Source of the DNA: Thermodesulfobacteriota bacterium
GTDB lineage: Bacteria; Desulfobacterota; Desulfobulbia; Desulfobulbales; SURF-16
Length of the DNA stretch: 64,000 nucleotides
Direction: 5' to 3'
Assembly: GCA_040755455.1 (NCBI GenBank)
Contig: JBFMAY010000002.1
Location: 1 to 64,000 of the forward strand
Below are positions 46,704 through 58,220 of this stretch, piece by piece. Each line of letters starts with the position of its first letter. Positions within the stretch are counted from its first letter, which is position 1. The notes beneath the pieces are model-generated. The model was not told the origin of the DNA, did not search any database, and saw only the letters and a list, made by a program, of their open reading frames with translations. Both the position numbers and the translations under genes were made by a program.

Positions 46704-48092
46704 TCAGACAAGAGGTGCGACAATCTGAGCCATGCCCTCATGCAGCCTCCTGAGCATGCCCGCCGGCGGATATCCCCGGACAGTCTTGCCTGTCAGGCTG
46801 TCGATATAGGACGCTATTGCCTTGATTTCATCTGCGCTGTAAACGATAAGCGCCACCTCATAGTTGAGAAACAGACTGCGCAGATCCACGTTGGCCGACC
46901 CTGCCATGGCCAATTTGTCATCCACCACCATGGCTTTGGCATGGACCATGCCGCCGGTATAGAGCATGATGGACGCGCCCGCCTCCTGAATACTGCGCAG
47001 ATAATTGCCCCGCACCAGATCAGCCAGGGGATGGTTTGATTTCTCCGGCATGATAATCCGCACATCAACCCCCCGCCGGGCGGCAATGGCCAGCCCCTGG
47101 GTGAGGGCGTCATCCGGCACGAAGTAGGGGGTGACAATCCACAGCCGTCTCTCCGCGGCAAAAACCGCCGACAGGATAGCCTCGTACAACCCGTCATGAC
47201 GGCAATCCGGCCCTGAAGGCACCACCTGGAGTATGCCCTGCCGCCCGGCATCGGCAGGAAGGCTGTCGCTGAAATCCCTGACGGGCAGATTCTCGCCCCC
47301 GGCAAAGGCCCAGTCGGAGACAAAAAGCTCAACAAATGGCCGGACCGCCGGGCCCTCAACGGCAAAGGAGAGATCCTGCCAGTGTCGTGCATGCGGATCC
47401 GGGTTCAGGTACTCATCGGCGATATTGGTGCCGCCGGCCATGAGCAGCCGCTCGTCCGCCAGGGCAATTTTCCGGTGATTGCGCAAATTGCCCCGGCCCC
47501 GCAAGGGATGGTAGAATACCGGCATGAAATAGGCAAATTTTCCGCCGGCCCGCACCAGCGGCTGGAAAAATGCCGACCCGGTTTTCAGCGAACCGACCCC
47601 GTCAAGCAGCAGACGCACCCGCACCCCCTGCCCGGCCTGGCGGGCCAGCCGCCGGACGATGTCCCGCCCGGTTGCGTCGCCTGCAAAAACATAGGTGGAG
47701 ATATAGAGACTTTCCCTGGCCTGCTCGATCAATTGCACCAGGCAATCATACGCCTCCCTGCCCGAGGGGCAGAATCTGATGCTGTTGCCGAGCATGGCTG
47801 CCGGAACATTATGGGAACGCAGGGCGCGGTCGACAGGCGACGCCTGGGCCAGCGGCAGGATATGGTTCTCATTGAGCTGCAGTGTCATTTTCCGGCGGGC
47901 GATCCGCGCCATCTTTCTGCCGCCGAGCATAATATACAGGGGAATGCCCACATAGGGCAGCAGGATCATGACCAGCAGCCAGGAAAGGACGCTGGACGGC
48001 GCGCGCCGCTGCTGGAGCATATGGGCAATGGCCGCCACGGCGAGCAGAACGCCGATGATAACCGCCAGGTGCGATTCAAGAAAAAGTAACAT
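46704..48092 (-). CDS. cls: cardiolipin synthase
   Basis: PLDc_N TM hairpin; two HKD motifs RNHRKIALAD and HAKAMVVDD; TPYFVP. Confidence 0.92.
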   Translation of the reverse strand: MLLFLESHLAVIIGVLLAVAAIAHMLQQRRAPSSVLSWLLVMILLPYVGIPLYIMLGGRKMARIARRKMTLQLNENHILPLAQASPVDRALRSHNVPAAMLGNSIRFCPSGREAYDCLVQLIEQARESLYISTYVFAGDATGRDIVRRLARQAGQGVRVRLLLDGVGSLKTGSAFFQPLVRAGGKFAYFMPVFYHPLRGRGNLRNHRKIALADERLLMAGGTNIADEYLNPDPHARHWQDLSFAVEGPAVRPFVELFVSDWAFAGGENLPVRDFSDSLPADAGRQGILQVVPSGPDCRHDGLYEAILSAVFAAERRLWIVTPYFVPDDALTQGLAIAARRGVDVRIIMPEKSNHPLADLVRGNYLRSIQEAGASIMLYTGGMVHAKAMVVDDKLAMAGSANVDLRSLFLNYEVALIVYSADEIKAIASYIDSLTGKTVRGYPPAGMLRRLHEGMAQIVAPLV

Positions 48093-48388
48093 CTGTTACA
48101 GCTTGCTCCGCCAGGAAAAACTTCCGTGAAAAACAACTAACTGCCGCCTCTATCTTATATCCCGTTCCACCATGGCATGGCAAGTGCCGGAAGCGGGCGA
48201 CATGAAAACAGCACCGGTATTGCGGCGCTACCACCCGGTGATCGTTTACGGTTTCTCTTCCTGCTTTAAGCCTTGACATTTTTTTGCCACGGATTGCATC
48301 ATAATACTATGCCATGGGGATACGACCCCGTGGTATTGTTGTGCAACCCGGTTTTTGATAACGCATTTTCTTGCCCCAAGGAATAATT

Positions 48389-49540
48389 ATGCAGGAACTG
48401 AGAAAATTTGTCGCCCCGGAATTCGTTTTCGGTTGCGGCTCCCTGAATCTCGCAGGGCGATACGCCGCCAATTTCGGGGCAGAGAAAGTGCTGATCGTCA
48501 CTGACCCGGGGGTCATTGCCGCCGGGTGGTGCGGCAAGGTCAAGGATGTTCTTGATGCCGCAGGTATTGCCAGTGTCGTCTTCTCCGCTGTCTCCCCGAA
48601 TCCCCGCGCTGAAGAGGTGATGAGCGGCGCTGAGTTTTATCGCGGCAACGGCTGTGATGTCATTGTCGCCGTGGGCGGCGGCAGCGCCATGGACTGCGCC
48701 AAGGGCATCGGCATTGTCAGCATGAACCGCAAACACATCCTGCAATTCGAGGGGATCGATAATGTCACCGTGCCTGGCCCCCCGTTGATCTGCATCCCCA
48801 CCACCGCCGGAACCTCAGCGGATGTGTCGCAGTTTGCCATTATCGCCAATCCCCGGGAACGGGTGAAGATCGCCATCATCAGCAAGACGGTGGTGCCGGA
48901 TGTGGCGCTGATTGATCCGGCGACCACCCAGACCATGGATTCCTATCTCACCGCCTGCACCGGCATCGACGCCCTGGTGCATGCCATTGAGGCTTTCGTA
49001 TCAAGCGCCCATTCGCCGCTTTTCGATATTCATGCCCTGGAGGCGATCCGGCTGATCCGCGCCAATCTGCTCAACACGCTCGCCAATCCCCTTGACCTGG
49101 AATTGCGCACCAGCCTGATGCAGGCAAGTCTCGAGGCCGGGCTGGCTTTTTCCAATGCCAGCCTCGGGGCCGTGCACGCCATGGCCCACAGCCTTGGCGG
49201 CTATCTTGATCTGCCCCATGGCGAATGCAATGCGATTCTGCTTGATCATGTCATCTCATTTAATTACCCGGACGCTGCGGAGCGTTACCTGAAAATCGGC
49301 GAGGCATTGGGCCTGGATATGCGGGGCATGGCGGCAAAGCAGAAAAGGGAAGCGCTGCTTAAGGAAATCGCCGGCCTGAAACATGCGGCAGGCATTACCA
49401 AAACACTGAGGGAAACAGGCACCCGTATCACCGATATTCCGGAACTGGCCCGCAAGGCCCTGCACGACCCGTGTCTGGTCACCAATCCGAGGCGGCTTGA
49501 CAAACGGGATATCGAGGTGATCTATGCCGAGGCGTTCTGA
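48389..49540 (+). CDS. ercA: iron-containing alcohol dehydrogenase-like protein, ErcA-type
   Basis: LRKFVAPEFVFG start; GGGSAMDCAKG, IPTTAGT, DALVHAIE and HAMAH...PHG motifs; overlaps an ErcS-like kinase. Confidence 0.85.
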   Translation: MQELRKFVAPEFVFGCGSLNLAGRYAANFGAEKVLIVTDPGVIAAGWCGKVKDVLDAAGIASVVFSAVSPNPRAEEVMSGAEFYRGNGCDVIVAVGGGSAMDCAKGIGIVSMNRKHILQFEGIDNVTVPGPPLICIPTTAGTSADVSQFAIIANPRERVKIAIISKTVVPDVALIDPATTQTMDSYLTACTGIDALVHAIEAFVSSAHSPLFDIHALEAIRLIRANLLNTLANPLDLELRTSLMQASLEAGLAFSNASLGAVHAMAHSLGGYLDLPHGECNAILLDHVISFNYPDAAERYLKIGEALGLDMRGMAAKQKREALLKEIAGLKHAAGITKTLRETGTRITDIPELARKALHDPCLVTNPRRLDKRDIEVIYAEAF

Positions 49541-51380
49541 TGATGACAGTCAATGGGGGATGCTGCATGAGAAAATCATCGGCTTAGGGGAAAAATCAAT
49601 CAGAAAGAGCTACTACCCTGAACTGCGGCAGAAAATCATCGAATTGGAAAAAGCCAACGAGGAATTGGCCCTCGAAGTCATTGAACGCCAACGGGGCGAG
49701 GAGGAAATCAAACGCAACTACGAAATCCAGACGATCATCAACTCTCTTCTCAAACTTTCCCTGCAGAATATCCCCCTTGATGAACTGTTGTCCACCACCA
49801 TAGACAAGATCCTTTCCTTACGCTGGCTTTCCCACCAGGAAAAGGCCTTTATTTTCCTGGTTGAGGACGAGCCGGACGTGCTGGTGCTTAAAGCAGGCGC
49901 CGGTTTTCCTGAACAGCTGCAGGCACACTGCGCCACGGTTCCCTTCGGCCGATGCCTATGCGGCCTGGCAGCTTTGACCGGCGAAATACAATTTGCCGGC
50001 CATGGTGACGAACGCCACACCCGGCGCGATGACACCATGCCGCCCCACGGCCATTACGCCGTGCCTATCCTGCTGGATGACAGAACCATCGGCCTGATAT
50101 GCATCTTTTTACCGGAAGGACATACGCGCGACCCCAAAGAGGAAGAATTTCTCGCCTCCATTGCCCATACCCTGGCCGGCATCATCCAACGCAAGGTGAT
50201 GACGGAGGAAAACGCCAGACTGGAAGAAGAACTGCGCCAGGCAGCGAAGCTGGAGGCCATCGGCACCCTGGCCGGGGGCATAGCCCATGACTTCAATAAT
50301 ATCCTCACCGCCATTTTCGGCTTCAGTGAACTGGCCCGGCTGGACAGGGATGATCCGGCCAGGGTGGAGGAGGATATAGATGAGATATACCAAAGCGCGT
50401 TGCGGGCCAAAGAGCTCGTCAAGCAGATCCTCACCTTCAGCCGCCGGTCGGAACAGCAGAAAAAACCCTTCCGGATAGCCCTGCTCATCAAGGAATGCCT
50501 CAAGCTGCTGCGCGCCACCATTCCCGCAACCATCGAGATTAAAGAGGATATCCGCTCGTCCGGCACGGCCCTGGCAGACCCCAGCCAGATCCATCAGATC
50601 ATCATGAACCTCTGCACCAACGCCTATCATGCCATGCGCAACACCGGCGGGATTCTGACCGTAACCCTGCAGGACATGGAAATCAAGGAAACGGATGCCA
50701 GCCTCCCCGGCGGCATGGCCCCGGGGCCATACATCAGGCTTGCGGTAAGCGATACCGGAAGCGGCATGGGCAAAGAGACCTTGGCTAAAATCTTTGAACC
50801 CTATTTCACCACCAAAGAGGTGGGAGAGGGCACCGGCCTGGGTCTCGCCGTGGTGCACGGCATCGTCCAGGGCCATAACGGCCACATCACTGTTGCCAGT
50901 GAGCCGGGGAAAGGCACCACTTTTCATGTTTTTCTGCCCCGCTTGGCCGGCGAAGTTGAAGAAGCCGCCTCTCTGCCTGAAAATTCTCCGGTGCGGGGAG
51001 GACGGGAACATATCCTGGTCGTTGATGATGAAAAAGTGATTCTTAATATAGCCAGAGAAATCCTCGCGGACAGCGGCTATGCCGTCACGACCCATACCTC
51101 GGGCACCGAGGCATTACGGGATTTTCAACACCATCCCGAAAAGTTTGATCTGCTCATCACCGACATGACCATGCCCGCCATGACCGGGGTGGAACTGGCC
51201 CGGCAAGTCATGGCGATCAAGCCGGCAATGCCGGTGATCCTCTGCAGCGGGCACAGTGACCTGGTGAACAGAGAGCAGGCATTGGCCATGGGTATCAGGG
51301 AATATGTTGAAAAGCCTTTTTTCATGAGTGATATGCTGCGCAAAATCAGACAAGTGCTCAACAGGGGCAACCATGGGTAA
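49524..51380 (+). CDS. cytoplasmic hybrid histidine kinase (ErcS-like N-terminus, GAF, HisKA, HATPase, REC)
   Basis: IIGLGEKSIRKSYYPEL, AGGIAHDFNN, GTGLGL, VVDDE and TDMTMP motifs. Confidence 0.92.
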   Translation: MPRRSDDDSQWGMLHEKIIGLGEKSIRKSYYPELRQKIIELEKANEELALEVIERQRGEEEIKRNYEIQTIINSLLKLSLQNIPLDELLSTTIDKILSLRWLSHQEKAFIFLVEDEPDVLVLKAGAGFPEQLQAHCATVPFGRCLCGLAALTGEIQFAGHGDERHTRRDDTMPPHGHYAVPILLDDRTIGLICIFLPEGHTRDPKEEEFLASIAHTLAGIIQRKVMTEENARLEEELRQAAKLEAIGTLAGGIAHDFNNILTAIFGFSELARLDRDDPARVEEDIDEIYQSALRAKELVKQILTFSRRSEQQKKPFRIALLIKECLKLLRATIPATIEIKEDIRSSGTALADPSQIHQIIMNLCTNAYHAMRNTGGILTVTLQDMEIKETDASLPGGMAPGPYIRLAVSDTGSGMGKETLAKIFEPYFTTKEVGEGTGLGLAVVHGIVQGHNGHITVASEPGKGTTFHVFLPRLAGEVEEAASLPENSPVRGGREHILVVDDEKVILNIAREILADSGYAVTTHTSGTEALRDFQHHPEKFDLLITDMTMPAMTGVELARQVMAIKPAMPVILCSGHSDLVNREQALAMGIREYVEKPFFMSDMLRKIRQVLNRGNHG

Positions 51381-53151
51381 AGAGATAACCATCCTCTGCA
51401 TAGATGACGACCCAGCGGTCTTGAAGGTGCTGGAGAATTATTTTAACAGAATGGGGTACAAGGTCTTTCCCGCCGAAGACGGGGAAAAGGGCCTTGCGCT
51501 GTTTCACAGCCTGCGGCCGGATATCATCCTCGTTGATCTGCGCATGCCCAAGGTGGATGGCTTTCAGGTATTGCAAACCGTACGGGAAGATGCCCCGGAC
51601 ACCCCGGTGATCGTTTTCTCCGGCGAAGGCGAACGGGCGGACGTCATTCAGGCCCTTCGTTTAGGCGCCTGGAATTACTTCACCAAATCCATTGACAACT
51701 TCGCCTTTATCGAGCACTCGGTGCAACAGGCCCTGGATAAGGCGCGCCTTATCCGGGAAAACAAGGCCTATCAGCAAGGGCTTGAGAAAAAGTTTTTCAC
51801 CCTCATCGAGAATTTCGCCGGTTTTATTTTCACCATAGATCATGATTTCCGCATCACCTACATGAACCCGGCGCTCATCACATATCTGGGGCATGACGCC
51901 ACAGGGGAGAAATGCCATAAGGCTCTTTTCGGCTTTGACGGAGCATGTCAATGGTGCAGTCCGGATCTGCTCCTTTACGGCCAGGGCCACAAACGGGAAA
52001 TACAGAATCCGCAGGACGGCAGATGGTATTACGCGGTTCATGCCCCGATGGTAAACGAGAGCGGCCAGGTCACAGAAATACAGGTCATCCTCAACGACAT
52101 TACTGAACGGAAAAAGACCGAACTTGAGCTGCGGGAACGGGAAGAATACCTGCGCAAGGAAAATATCCTTCTCCGCTCCTCCCTGGCCGACCGGTATAAA
52201 TTCGGCTCACTGGTCGGTAAAAGCAAACCCATGCAGGAGGTCTACGAGGCCATTATCAACGCCGCCGCCTCCGATGCAGGCGTCATTATTTACGGCGAGA
52301 CGGGAACCGGCAAGGAACTGGTTGCCAGGGAAATCCACGAAAACAGCGACCGGAAAAACAGCGACATGGTCTATGTCAACTGCGGGGCGATCCCTGAAAA
52401 CCTCATCGAAAGTGAATTCTTCGGCTACAAGAAAGGAGCCTTTACCGGCGCAAGCAAAGACAAACACGGCTTTCTTGATCTGGCGGACGGCGGCACCCTT
52501 TTCCTGGACGAGGTGGGAGAAATCCCTTTAAACATGCAGGTAAAACTCCTGCGAGCCCTGGAAGGCGGGGGATATGCCCCGGTCGGCGGCACGGAGCGGA
52601 AGAAGCCCGATATCCGTATCATTGCCGCCACCCACCGTGATCTGAAAAAGGCGGTCAAGCAAGGGATGATGCGTCAGGATTTCCTTTACCGCATCCATAT
52701 TATCCCCATCCATCTCCCTGCCCTGCGCGAGAGAAAGGAAGACATCCCCCTGCTGGTGGAACATTTCCTCACGCAATATGCCCCTGACAAGGTCCCTCCC
52801 ATCACTGCCAAGATACACCGGGCGTTGCAGAACTATGACTGGCCCGGCAATGTGCGGGAGCTGCACAATACCATCAACCGGCTGGTAACCTTGAAAAAAC
52901 TCGATTTCATGGGACTGGATCTCATCGAACAGTCGCCTGAGGATAAGGACACCAACGCCATCCACCTTGACTATCAAGGAAAGTCACTCAGCCTGATCCT
53001 GGAAGAACTGGAAAAAGAGGTTCTGCTGAAAATTCTTGCCCAGGCAGACTGGCGCCAGGGCAAGGTCGCCGAATCACTGCGGATTGACCGGAAAACCCTT
53101 TACCGCAAAATGAAACAGTTCGGCATCGACCGGGCATCCTTAAAAAAATAG
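51373..53151 (+). CDS. sigma-54 enhancer-binding protein (REC-PAS-AAA-HTH)
   Basis: VDLRMP, GETGTGKE, GAFTGA, LFLDEVG and WPGNVREL motifs; Fis-type HTH. Confidence 0.95.
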   Translation: MGKEITILCIDDDPAVLKVLENYFNRMGYKVFPAEDGEKGLALFHSLRPDIILVDLRMPKVDGFQVLQTVREDAPDTPVIVFSGEGERADVIQALRLGAWNYFTKSIDNFAFIEHSVQQALDKARLIRENKAYQQGLEKKFFTLIENFAGFIFTIDHDFRITYMNPALITYLGHDATGEKCHKALFGFDGACQWCSPDLLLYGQGHKREIQNPQDGRWYYAVHAPMVNESGQVTEIQVILNDITERKKTELELREREEYLRKENILLRSSLADRYKFGSLVGKSKPMQEVYEAIINAAASDAGVIIYGETGTGKELVAREIHENSDRKNSDMVYVNCGAIPENLIESEFFGYKKGAFTGASKDKHGFLDLADGGTLFLDEVGEIPLNMQVKLLRALEGGGYAPVGGTERKKPDIRIIAATHRDLKKAVKQGMMRQDFLYRIHIIPIHLPALRERKEDIPLLVEHFLTQYAPDKVPPITAKIHRALQNYDWPGNVRELHNTINRLVTLKKLDFMGLDLIEQSPEDKDTNAIHLDYQGKSLSLILEELEKEVLLKILAQADWRQGKVAESLRIDRKTLYRKMKQFGIDRASLKK

Positions 53152-53340
53152 GGCATTCATGCCCCTTGCTGACCGGACTTGCCCCTTTCCGTAAAATATC
53201 ACTATTATTAACCAGTTAAATCAATACCCCCTCTTAACAGAGGGCGCTAATGCCCCAATTCCTCCCTTCCCGCAGTACCGCTCCGTTGCCACCTGCTCAA
53301 TAAATACTATAATTTCAGCATATTATGGCAAATATTTCCA

Positions 53341-53358
53341 TTGGCACGCTTTTTGGTA
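53341..53358 (+). promoter_or_regulatory. probable sigma-54 -24/-12 promoter (variant -12)
   Basis: TTGGCACG-CTTT-TTGGT, 60 nt upstream of the next ATG; GG in place of GC at -12. Confidence 0.55.
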
Positions 53359-53418
53359 TTACTTGTGTATGTGGTTGCTACGCAGGTTTTTATTCCTTTC
53401 TGAACGGAGGACAGGATA

Positions 53419-53856
53419 ATGGATGCGGCTTTCAGACAAACAGAGACACAGACAATTTTACCGGGCCGGCAATTAACCGCGCTGATCGTCGATGATGATG
53501 AACAGATCCAGCGCATGCTGCGCCGTGTTTTCGGCCAATGCAAGTTTGCTGTGGACATTGCCCCAACATGCAAGGAGGCCTTGGGTAAAGCAGGGGCCCG
53601 CACTTACGATCTCGCCCTGCTTGATGTTAACCTCACTGACGGCAACGGGCTGGATCTCATTGAGCCGATCAGAAAATTCTCCCCGCAAATTGAAATCGTT
53701 TCCATGACCGGTGACAACCCGCGATCACTGGAGGCAGAGGCGAGAAAGCACAAGGTCGCCTACCATTTGCTCAAACCGGTCGATTTCCAGGAACTCATTT
53801 CCATACTCATGCATATCGCCAGGAGAGCACAAACCCTAAACCTTGTCTACAATTGA
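53419..53856 (+). CDS. single-domain response regulator
   Basis: LIVDDD, LLDVNL.DGNG, MTG and LLKP motifs. Confidence 0.9.
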   Translation: MDAAFRQTETQTILPGRQLTALIVDDDEQIQRMLRRVFGQCKFAVDIAPTCKEALGKAGARTYDLALLDVNLTDGNGLDLIEPIRKFSPQIEIVSMTGDNPRSLEAEARKHKVAYHLLKPVDFQELISILMHIARRAQTLNLVYN

Positions 53857-53876
53857 TACCATACCAGGGAGTTGAC

Positions 53877-55457
53877 ATGTTCAGCATCAATAAGCTCAAA
53901 CTGTCGGTGCGGATGTTTATTATCGGTGCAGTCACCGTCATGACCTTTACCGGCCTCCTGACGGCAGGGTACCTCGAACTCAAGCATGAAAAATATGATG
54001 CGAAGAACGTGAAGACCCAGCAGGTGGTCGAAACCGCCTGGGGGGTGATCGACCACTATGCCAAACTGAGCAGTGACGGCAATCTTTCCGTTGAACAGGC
54101 CCAGGCCGCGGCAAAAACCGCCATCAGGCATCTGCGCTACGGGAAAATTGAATATTTCTTCATCAATAGCACAAGCGGACAGAGTATCATGCATCCCATG
54201 AAACCGGAACTGGAGGGACAGGATCTGAGCGGCATGGCTGACAGCAAGGGCAAGAAACTTTTTGCCGAAATGGCGGATGTCTGCCGGAAAAACAAAAGCG
54301 GTTTCGTCGATTATTACTGGGAGAAGCCGGGGGAAAAAGTGGCTTCAGCGAAAATCTCCTTTGTCAAGCTGCACCCGGCCTGGAACTGGTTCATCGGTTC
54401 CGGGATTTATGTTGATGATGTGGAAAAAGAACTGGCCCGGACCTCCTGGGCCATGCTGCTCGGCGGTTCCTTGCCGCTGGGCACTTTGCTGCTCCTCGGT
54501 TTTGTTGTCACCCGGTCCATCGTCAAACCGCTTCATCAGATAACTGCGGAACTCAACAGAGCCGCCATAACCGTTGCCGATGCCTCCAGTCAGGTGGCCG
54601 GCAGCAGCCAGCTCCTTGCCGAAGGAACCGCGGAACAGGCTGCCGCCCTTGAAGAGAGCTCTTCCTCCCTGGAAGAGCTGTCCTCCATGACCAAGCAGAA
54701 TGCCGGCAATGCCCGGGAAGTGGACGTCCAGATGACGGAAACAAAAAATGTAGTCAGCCGCTCCAACGAATCCATGACGGAATTAACCGTGGCCATGCAC
54801 GACATTGCCTCCGCAAGCCAGGAAACCCAGAAGATCATCAAGACCATTGATGAGATTGCCTTCCAGACCAACCTCCTGTCCCTCAATGCCGCCGTTGAAG
54901 CAGCCCGCGCCGGAGAAGCGGGTGCCGGCTTTGCCGTTGTGGCCTCTGAGGTGAGAAATCTTGCCCTGCGGGCCGGTGAAGCGGCGAAAAATACCAGTGA
55001 ACTGATTGAAAAATCGGCAAGAAGAATCCATCACGGCTCGGAACTGGTGAAAAAATGCAATGTCAACCTTGCCGAAGTTTCCCAGGGCGCGGAAAAAGTG
55101 CATAAACTGGTCAATGAGATCGCCACTGCTGCCGTGGAACAGGCCAAGGGTATCAACCAGATCAGCACAGCCGTCAGCGAAATGGACAGTGTCACCCAGA
55201 CCAATGCCGCCAACGCCGAAGAGTCAGCCGCTGCTTCGGAGGAACTCAATGTCCTGTCCGGCCAATTACAGGATACGGTAAAAAAACTGGAAAAAATTGT
55301 TGACGGCCAAATCACTGCAACAAGAAGGGCTCAGCCGCACGGTCTTAATAAAACCGCAGAGCAGAAGGCAGGACAGCCGGGAAAGAGTCTCGCAGCCCCG
55401 GACCAAACCAGACACATCAGAACCTTGAATCATCAGACTTGTGAAAATGCCTTTTAG
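53877..55457 (+). CDS. methyl-accepting chemotaxis protein with single Cache sensor
   Basis: [26 protein letters not shown] and [21 protein letters not shown] motifs. Confidence 0.95.
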   Translation: MFSINKLKLSVRMFIIGAVTVMTFTGLLTAGYLELKHEKYDAKNVKTQQVVETAWGVIDHYAKLSSDGNLSVEQAQAAAKTAIRHLRYGKIEYFFINSTSGQSIMHPMKPELEGQDLSGMADSKGKKLFAEMADVCRKNKSGFVDYYWEKPGEKVASAKISFVKLHPAWNWFIGSGIYVDDVEKELARTSWAMLLGGSLPLGTLLLLGFVVTRSIVKPLHQITAELNRAAITVADASSQVAGSSQLLAEGTAEQAAALEESSSSLEELSSMTKQNAGNAREVDVQMTETKNVVSRSNESMTELTVAMHDIASASQETQKIIKTIDEIAFQTNLLSLNAAVEAARAGEAGAGFAVVASEVRNLALRAGEAAKNTSELIEKSARRIHHGSELVKKCNVNLAEVSQGAEKVHKLVNEIATAAVEQAKGINQISTAVSEMDSVTQTNAANAEESAAASEELNVLSGQLQDTVKKLEKIVDGQITATRRAQPHGLNKTAEQKAGQPGKSLAAPDQTRHIRTLNHQTCENAF

Positions 55458-55583
55458 CATTTTCGTGGCGGGGCGGCTGGCGGCATGGGGCAGTAAACAG
55501 TGTCGCGTGACAGCTTTATCAGGAGCCGTCACTGACAACCAGACGACGATATTATTTTATTACAACGGGTTAGCAGGTTCAGT

Positions 55584-56930
55584 TCAAGAGGCTGTTGCGC
55601 TGCCGCCATCCGCAGAATCCGGCCCAAGGTTTTTCCTCTCTTTTTTGCACAGGTACATCGCCTTATCGGCCATGGCGAGGAATTCCTCCACCGAACAAGG
55701 ATGTTCCGGATCATAGCGGACAATGCCCACGCTCATCGACAGCTGATAACCGCGGCCTGGCTGGTGGTTTCTTGCCGCAATCTGCTGTTCAAGTCTGTGC
55801 CGGACAGGATGATTGCAGCATGGCTCAAAGGTGCTGAACATGAGGACGGCGAATTCGTCTCCCCCCAATCGGCCGATGCCCAGCACGTCGGATTTACGGA
55901 AGGTGCTTTTCAGCACGTCCGCCGCCTCAACCAGGGCCTGATCCCCGGTTTCATGGCCCAGGCTGTCGTTGATCATTTTCATGTTATCGAGATCGGCATA
56001 CAGCAGATACAGAGATCGGTCTACCCGGTCGACCAGCTGAAGATGTTTTTTCGCCTCGGCAAGAAAGCCCCGCCGGTTCAACAAACCGGTGAGTTCGTCG
56101 GTAACGGACATCTCTTTGAGCATGTTCTCCATTTTCTTGTGTTGGGAGATATCGCGGAACCCCTCAACAATGCCTATCAACTCACCTTTATTATTGTAAT
56201 AGGGAAAGGCTGTGATGACACAGGGGAAGACTCTGCCGTCCTTTCGTGTTAATGTCTTTTCGTTTTCAAGATTGGCCGCTCCACCCAGAATCTTTACCAA
56301 TGAACAATCCGGGGTATGGCAGAAGATATTCACAAAGGCCTCATGGCAAGGCATGCCGATCAACTGTTCCTCGGCAACCCCGGCCATCTGAGCAAAGGTG
56401 CGATTGACGCGCCGCATGATGAAATGCTTATCGACAACCCGTACGCCCTCGGCAGCGCAATTCAATATCTGCAGCAGTTCCGCGTTGACATTCTCCAGGG
56501 CCGCGGCAGACTTCCGGCGCTCGCCAATCTCTTGTTCAAGCTCGGCCAAGGCCTGCTGCAGCTGCAAGGTCCGCTCTTCCACCCGGATTTCCAGCTCATC
56601 GTGGGCGCCCCGCAAAAGCCGCTCGCCTTCTCTTATCGTCGCGATGGTATTTTCGCTGAGATTAATGATCAGAAAAACAAAGAGAGCGCCGCCGAAAAAG
56701 ACAATGCCGGTGACAAGCTCCGCGGGCAGGTCAATCTGTTTCAGCTGTCCCACGATAAAAACAAGATAGCCACAGAGGAAGAACAGCATCAGGCCGATCA
56801 GCACCTTCCATCTCGCCAGAAAGGCACCCGGCACCCCTTTCAGCATGTGCAGGCTGAAATAAATTGAGGATAACAAAAAACCCGCGCCAACAAACACCAG
56901 AATGATTGACAGAATTTGCGAGGTATTCAT
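55584..56930 (-). CDS. membrane PAS-GGDEF diguanylate cyclase
   Basis: Three TM segments; coiled coil; PAS domain; DELTGLLNRR and GGDEF motifs. Confidence 0.93.
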   Translation of the reverse strand: MNTSQILSIILVFVGAGFLLSSIYFSLHMLKGVPGAFLARWKVLIGLMLFFLCGYLVFIVGQLKQIDLPAELVTGIVFFGGALFVFLIINLSENTIATIREGERLLRGAHDELEIRVEERTLQLQQALAELEQEIGERRKSAAALENVNAELLQILNCAAEGVRVVDKHFIMRRVNRTFAQMAGVAEEQLIGMPCHEAFVNIFCHTPDCSLVKILGGAANLENEKTLTRKDGRVFPCVITAFPYYNNKGELIGIVEGFRDISQHKKMENMLKEMSVTDELTGLLNRRGFLAEAKKHLQLVDRVDRSLYLLYADLDNMKMINDSLGHETGDQALVEAADVLKSTFRKSDVLGIGRLGGDEFAVLMFSTFEPCCNHPVRHRLEQQIAARNHQPGRGYQLSMSVGIVRYDPEHPCSVEEFLAMADKAMYLCKKERKNLGPDSADGGSATAS

Positions 56931-57164
56931 CTTGGGGATTATTACATGTTATCCGTTTTGTGGGAGGGGTATGCCGCAGCCTGGGGACAAATTCACTTTT
57001 TTGCACCTGTACAAAGATTACTGATACTGATGCGGCAAGTAAAGTTTTTTCCAGGACAAAGCAAGCATAACTGCGAGAACCCGTGTAACCGCAGGTGGCT
57101 GGAACCGATATTGAAAAGGATTGGCAAAAAACCGTGTCTTGCGGCGGCTCTTTTTCCCGGCTGT

Positions 57165-58220
57165 TCAATAGAGACGACGAAAGGCGGAGGCTTTGATCAC
57201 GGCGATCACCTCCGCGCCTTCCCTGATCCCCAGTTCGCGGACCGACTCCGGTACGATCTGACAGACCAGGCGCCCGCCGCTGCAGGCCAGCTCGACCCCG
57301 ATCCGGTTGCCGGCGCCGAACATGCCGGCAACCCGGCAGGGAAGAAGATTCCGGGCGCTGCTTGCCTCGGGATCGCGCTTGAACAGGGTGATATCCTTGG
57401 CGGCAAGCTCAAAGACGTTATCGTCCGCCGCTCCGGACTCGGTCAGGACAAGTTCGACTCGTCCCCAGCGGTGGAGCCAGAGATCCCCCCGTGGCCGGGG
57501 GCTGCTTAAGGTCAGCAGGTTGGCATAGCCGCGGCTGCCCGTTACCAGGCTTCTGCGCGCCAGCTCCTCGGCCGGCAGACGCTGTTGCACCTTACCCCCC
57601 TCAAAAACCAGCACCTCATCGGCCATTAACCGCATTTCATGCAGGGAATGGCTGATAAAGAGCAGCGGCAGGGCAAATTCGCTGAAAACCTTCTTCAGAT
57701 AGGGGATGATCTGATATTTCAGCTCTTCATCCAGCCCGGTCAGCGGCTCATCCATGAGAATGAGACGCGGGCAGGCGAGCACGGTGCGGCCCAGGGCCAC
57801 CCGTTGCCGCTCACCGCCGGAAAGCGAATTGACACCCCGGTCCAGCAGGTGGTCAAGCTGCAGCACCCTGGTGAGCGCCTCCGGATTGATCCGGCGTTCC
57901 TGCTCGGGCGTGCGCTTCCAGCCATAGAGCAGATTGCGGCGCACGTTCATATGGGGGAAAAGATGGGCGTGCTGGAAAACCACGCCGATGCGACGCTTCT
58001 CCGGGGGCACGTTGATGTGGCGGGCCGAATCAAAAAGGGTTTCACCAGCCAGCTCGATCCTGCCTTCATCCGGCTCAAGCAGGCCGGCCAGCAGATGCAT
58101 GAGGGTTGATTTCCCGCTGCCGGAAGGCCCGAAGATGCCGCAGCGCTTTTCCGTCAGCGCAAATGCCGCGTCAAGGCTGAATCCACCGTAATTCTTGCGC
58201 ACCGAGACATCAAGGTTCAT
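57165..58220 (-). CDS. modC: molybdate ABC transporter ATPase
   Basis: GPSGSGKS, LSGGERQR and MDEP motifs; TOBE domain with SARN. Confidence 0.95.
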   Translation of the reverse strand: MNLDVSVRKNYGGFSLDAAFALTEKRCGIFGPSGSGKSTLMHLLAGLLEPDEGRIELAGETLFDSARHINVPPEKRRIGVVFQHAHLFPHMNVRRNLLYGWKRTPEQERRINPEALTRVLQLDHLLDRGVNSLSGGERQRVALGRTVLACPRLILMDEPLTGLDEELKYQIIPYLKKVFSEFALPLLFISHSLHEMRLMADEVLVFEGGKVQQRLPAEELARRSLVTGSRGYANLLTLSSPRPRGDLWLHRWGRVELVLTESGAADDNVFELAAKDITLFKRDPEASSARNLLPCRVAGMFGAGNRIGVELACSGGRLVCQIVPESVRELGIREGAEVIAVIKASAFRRLY

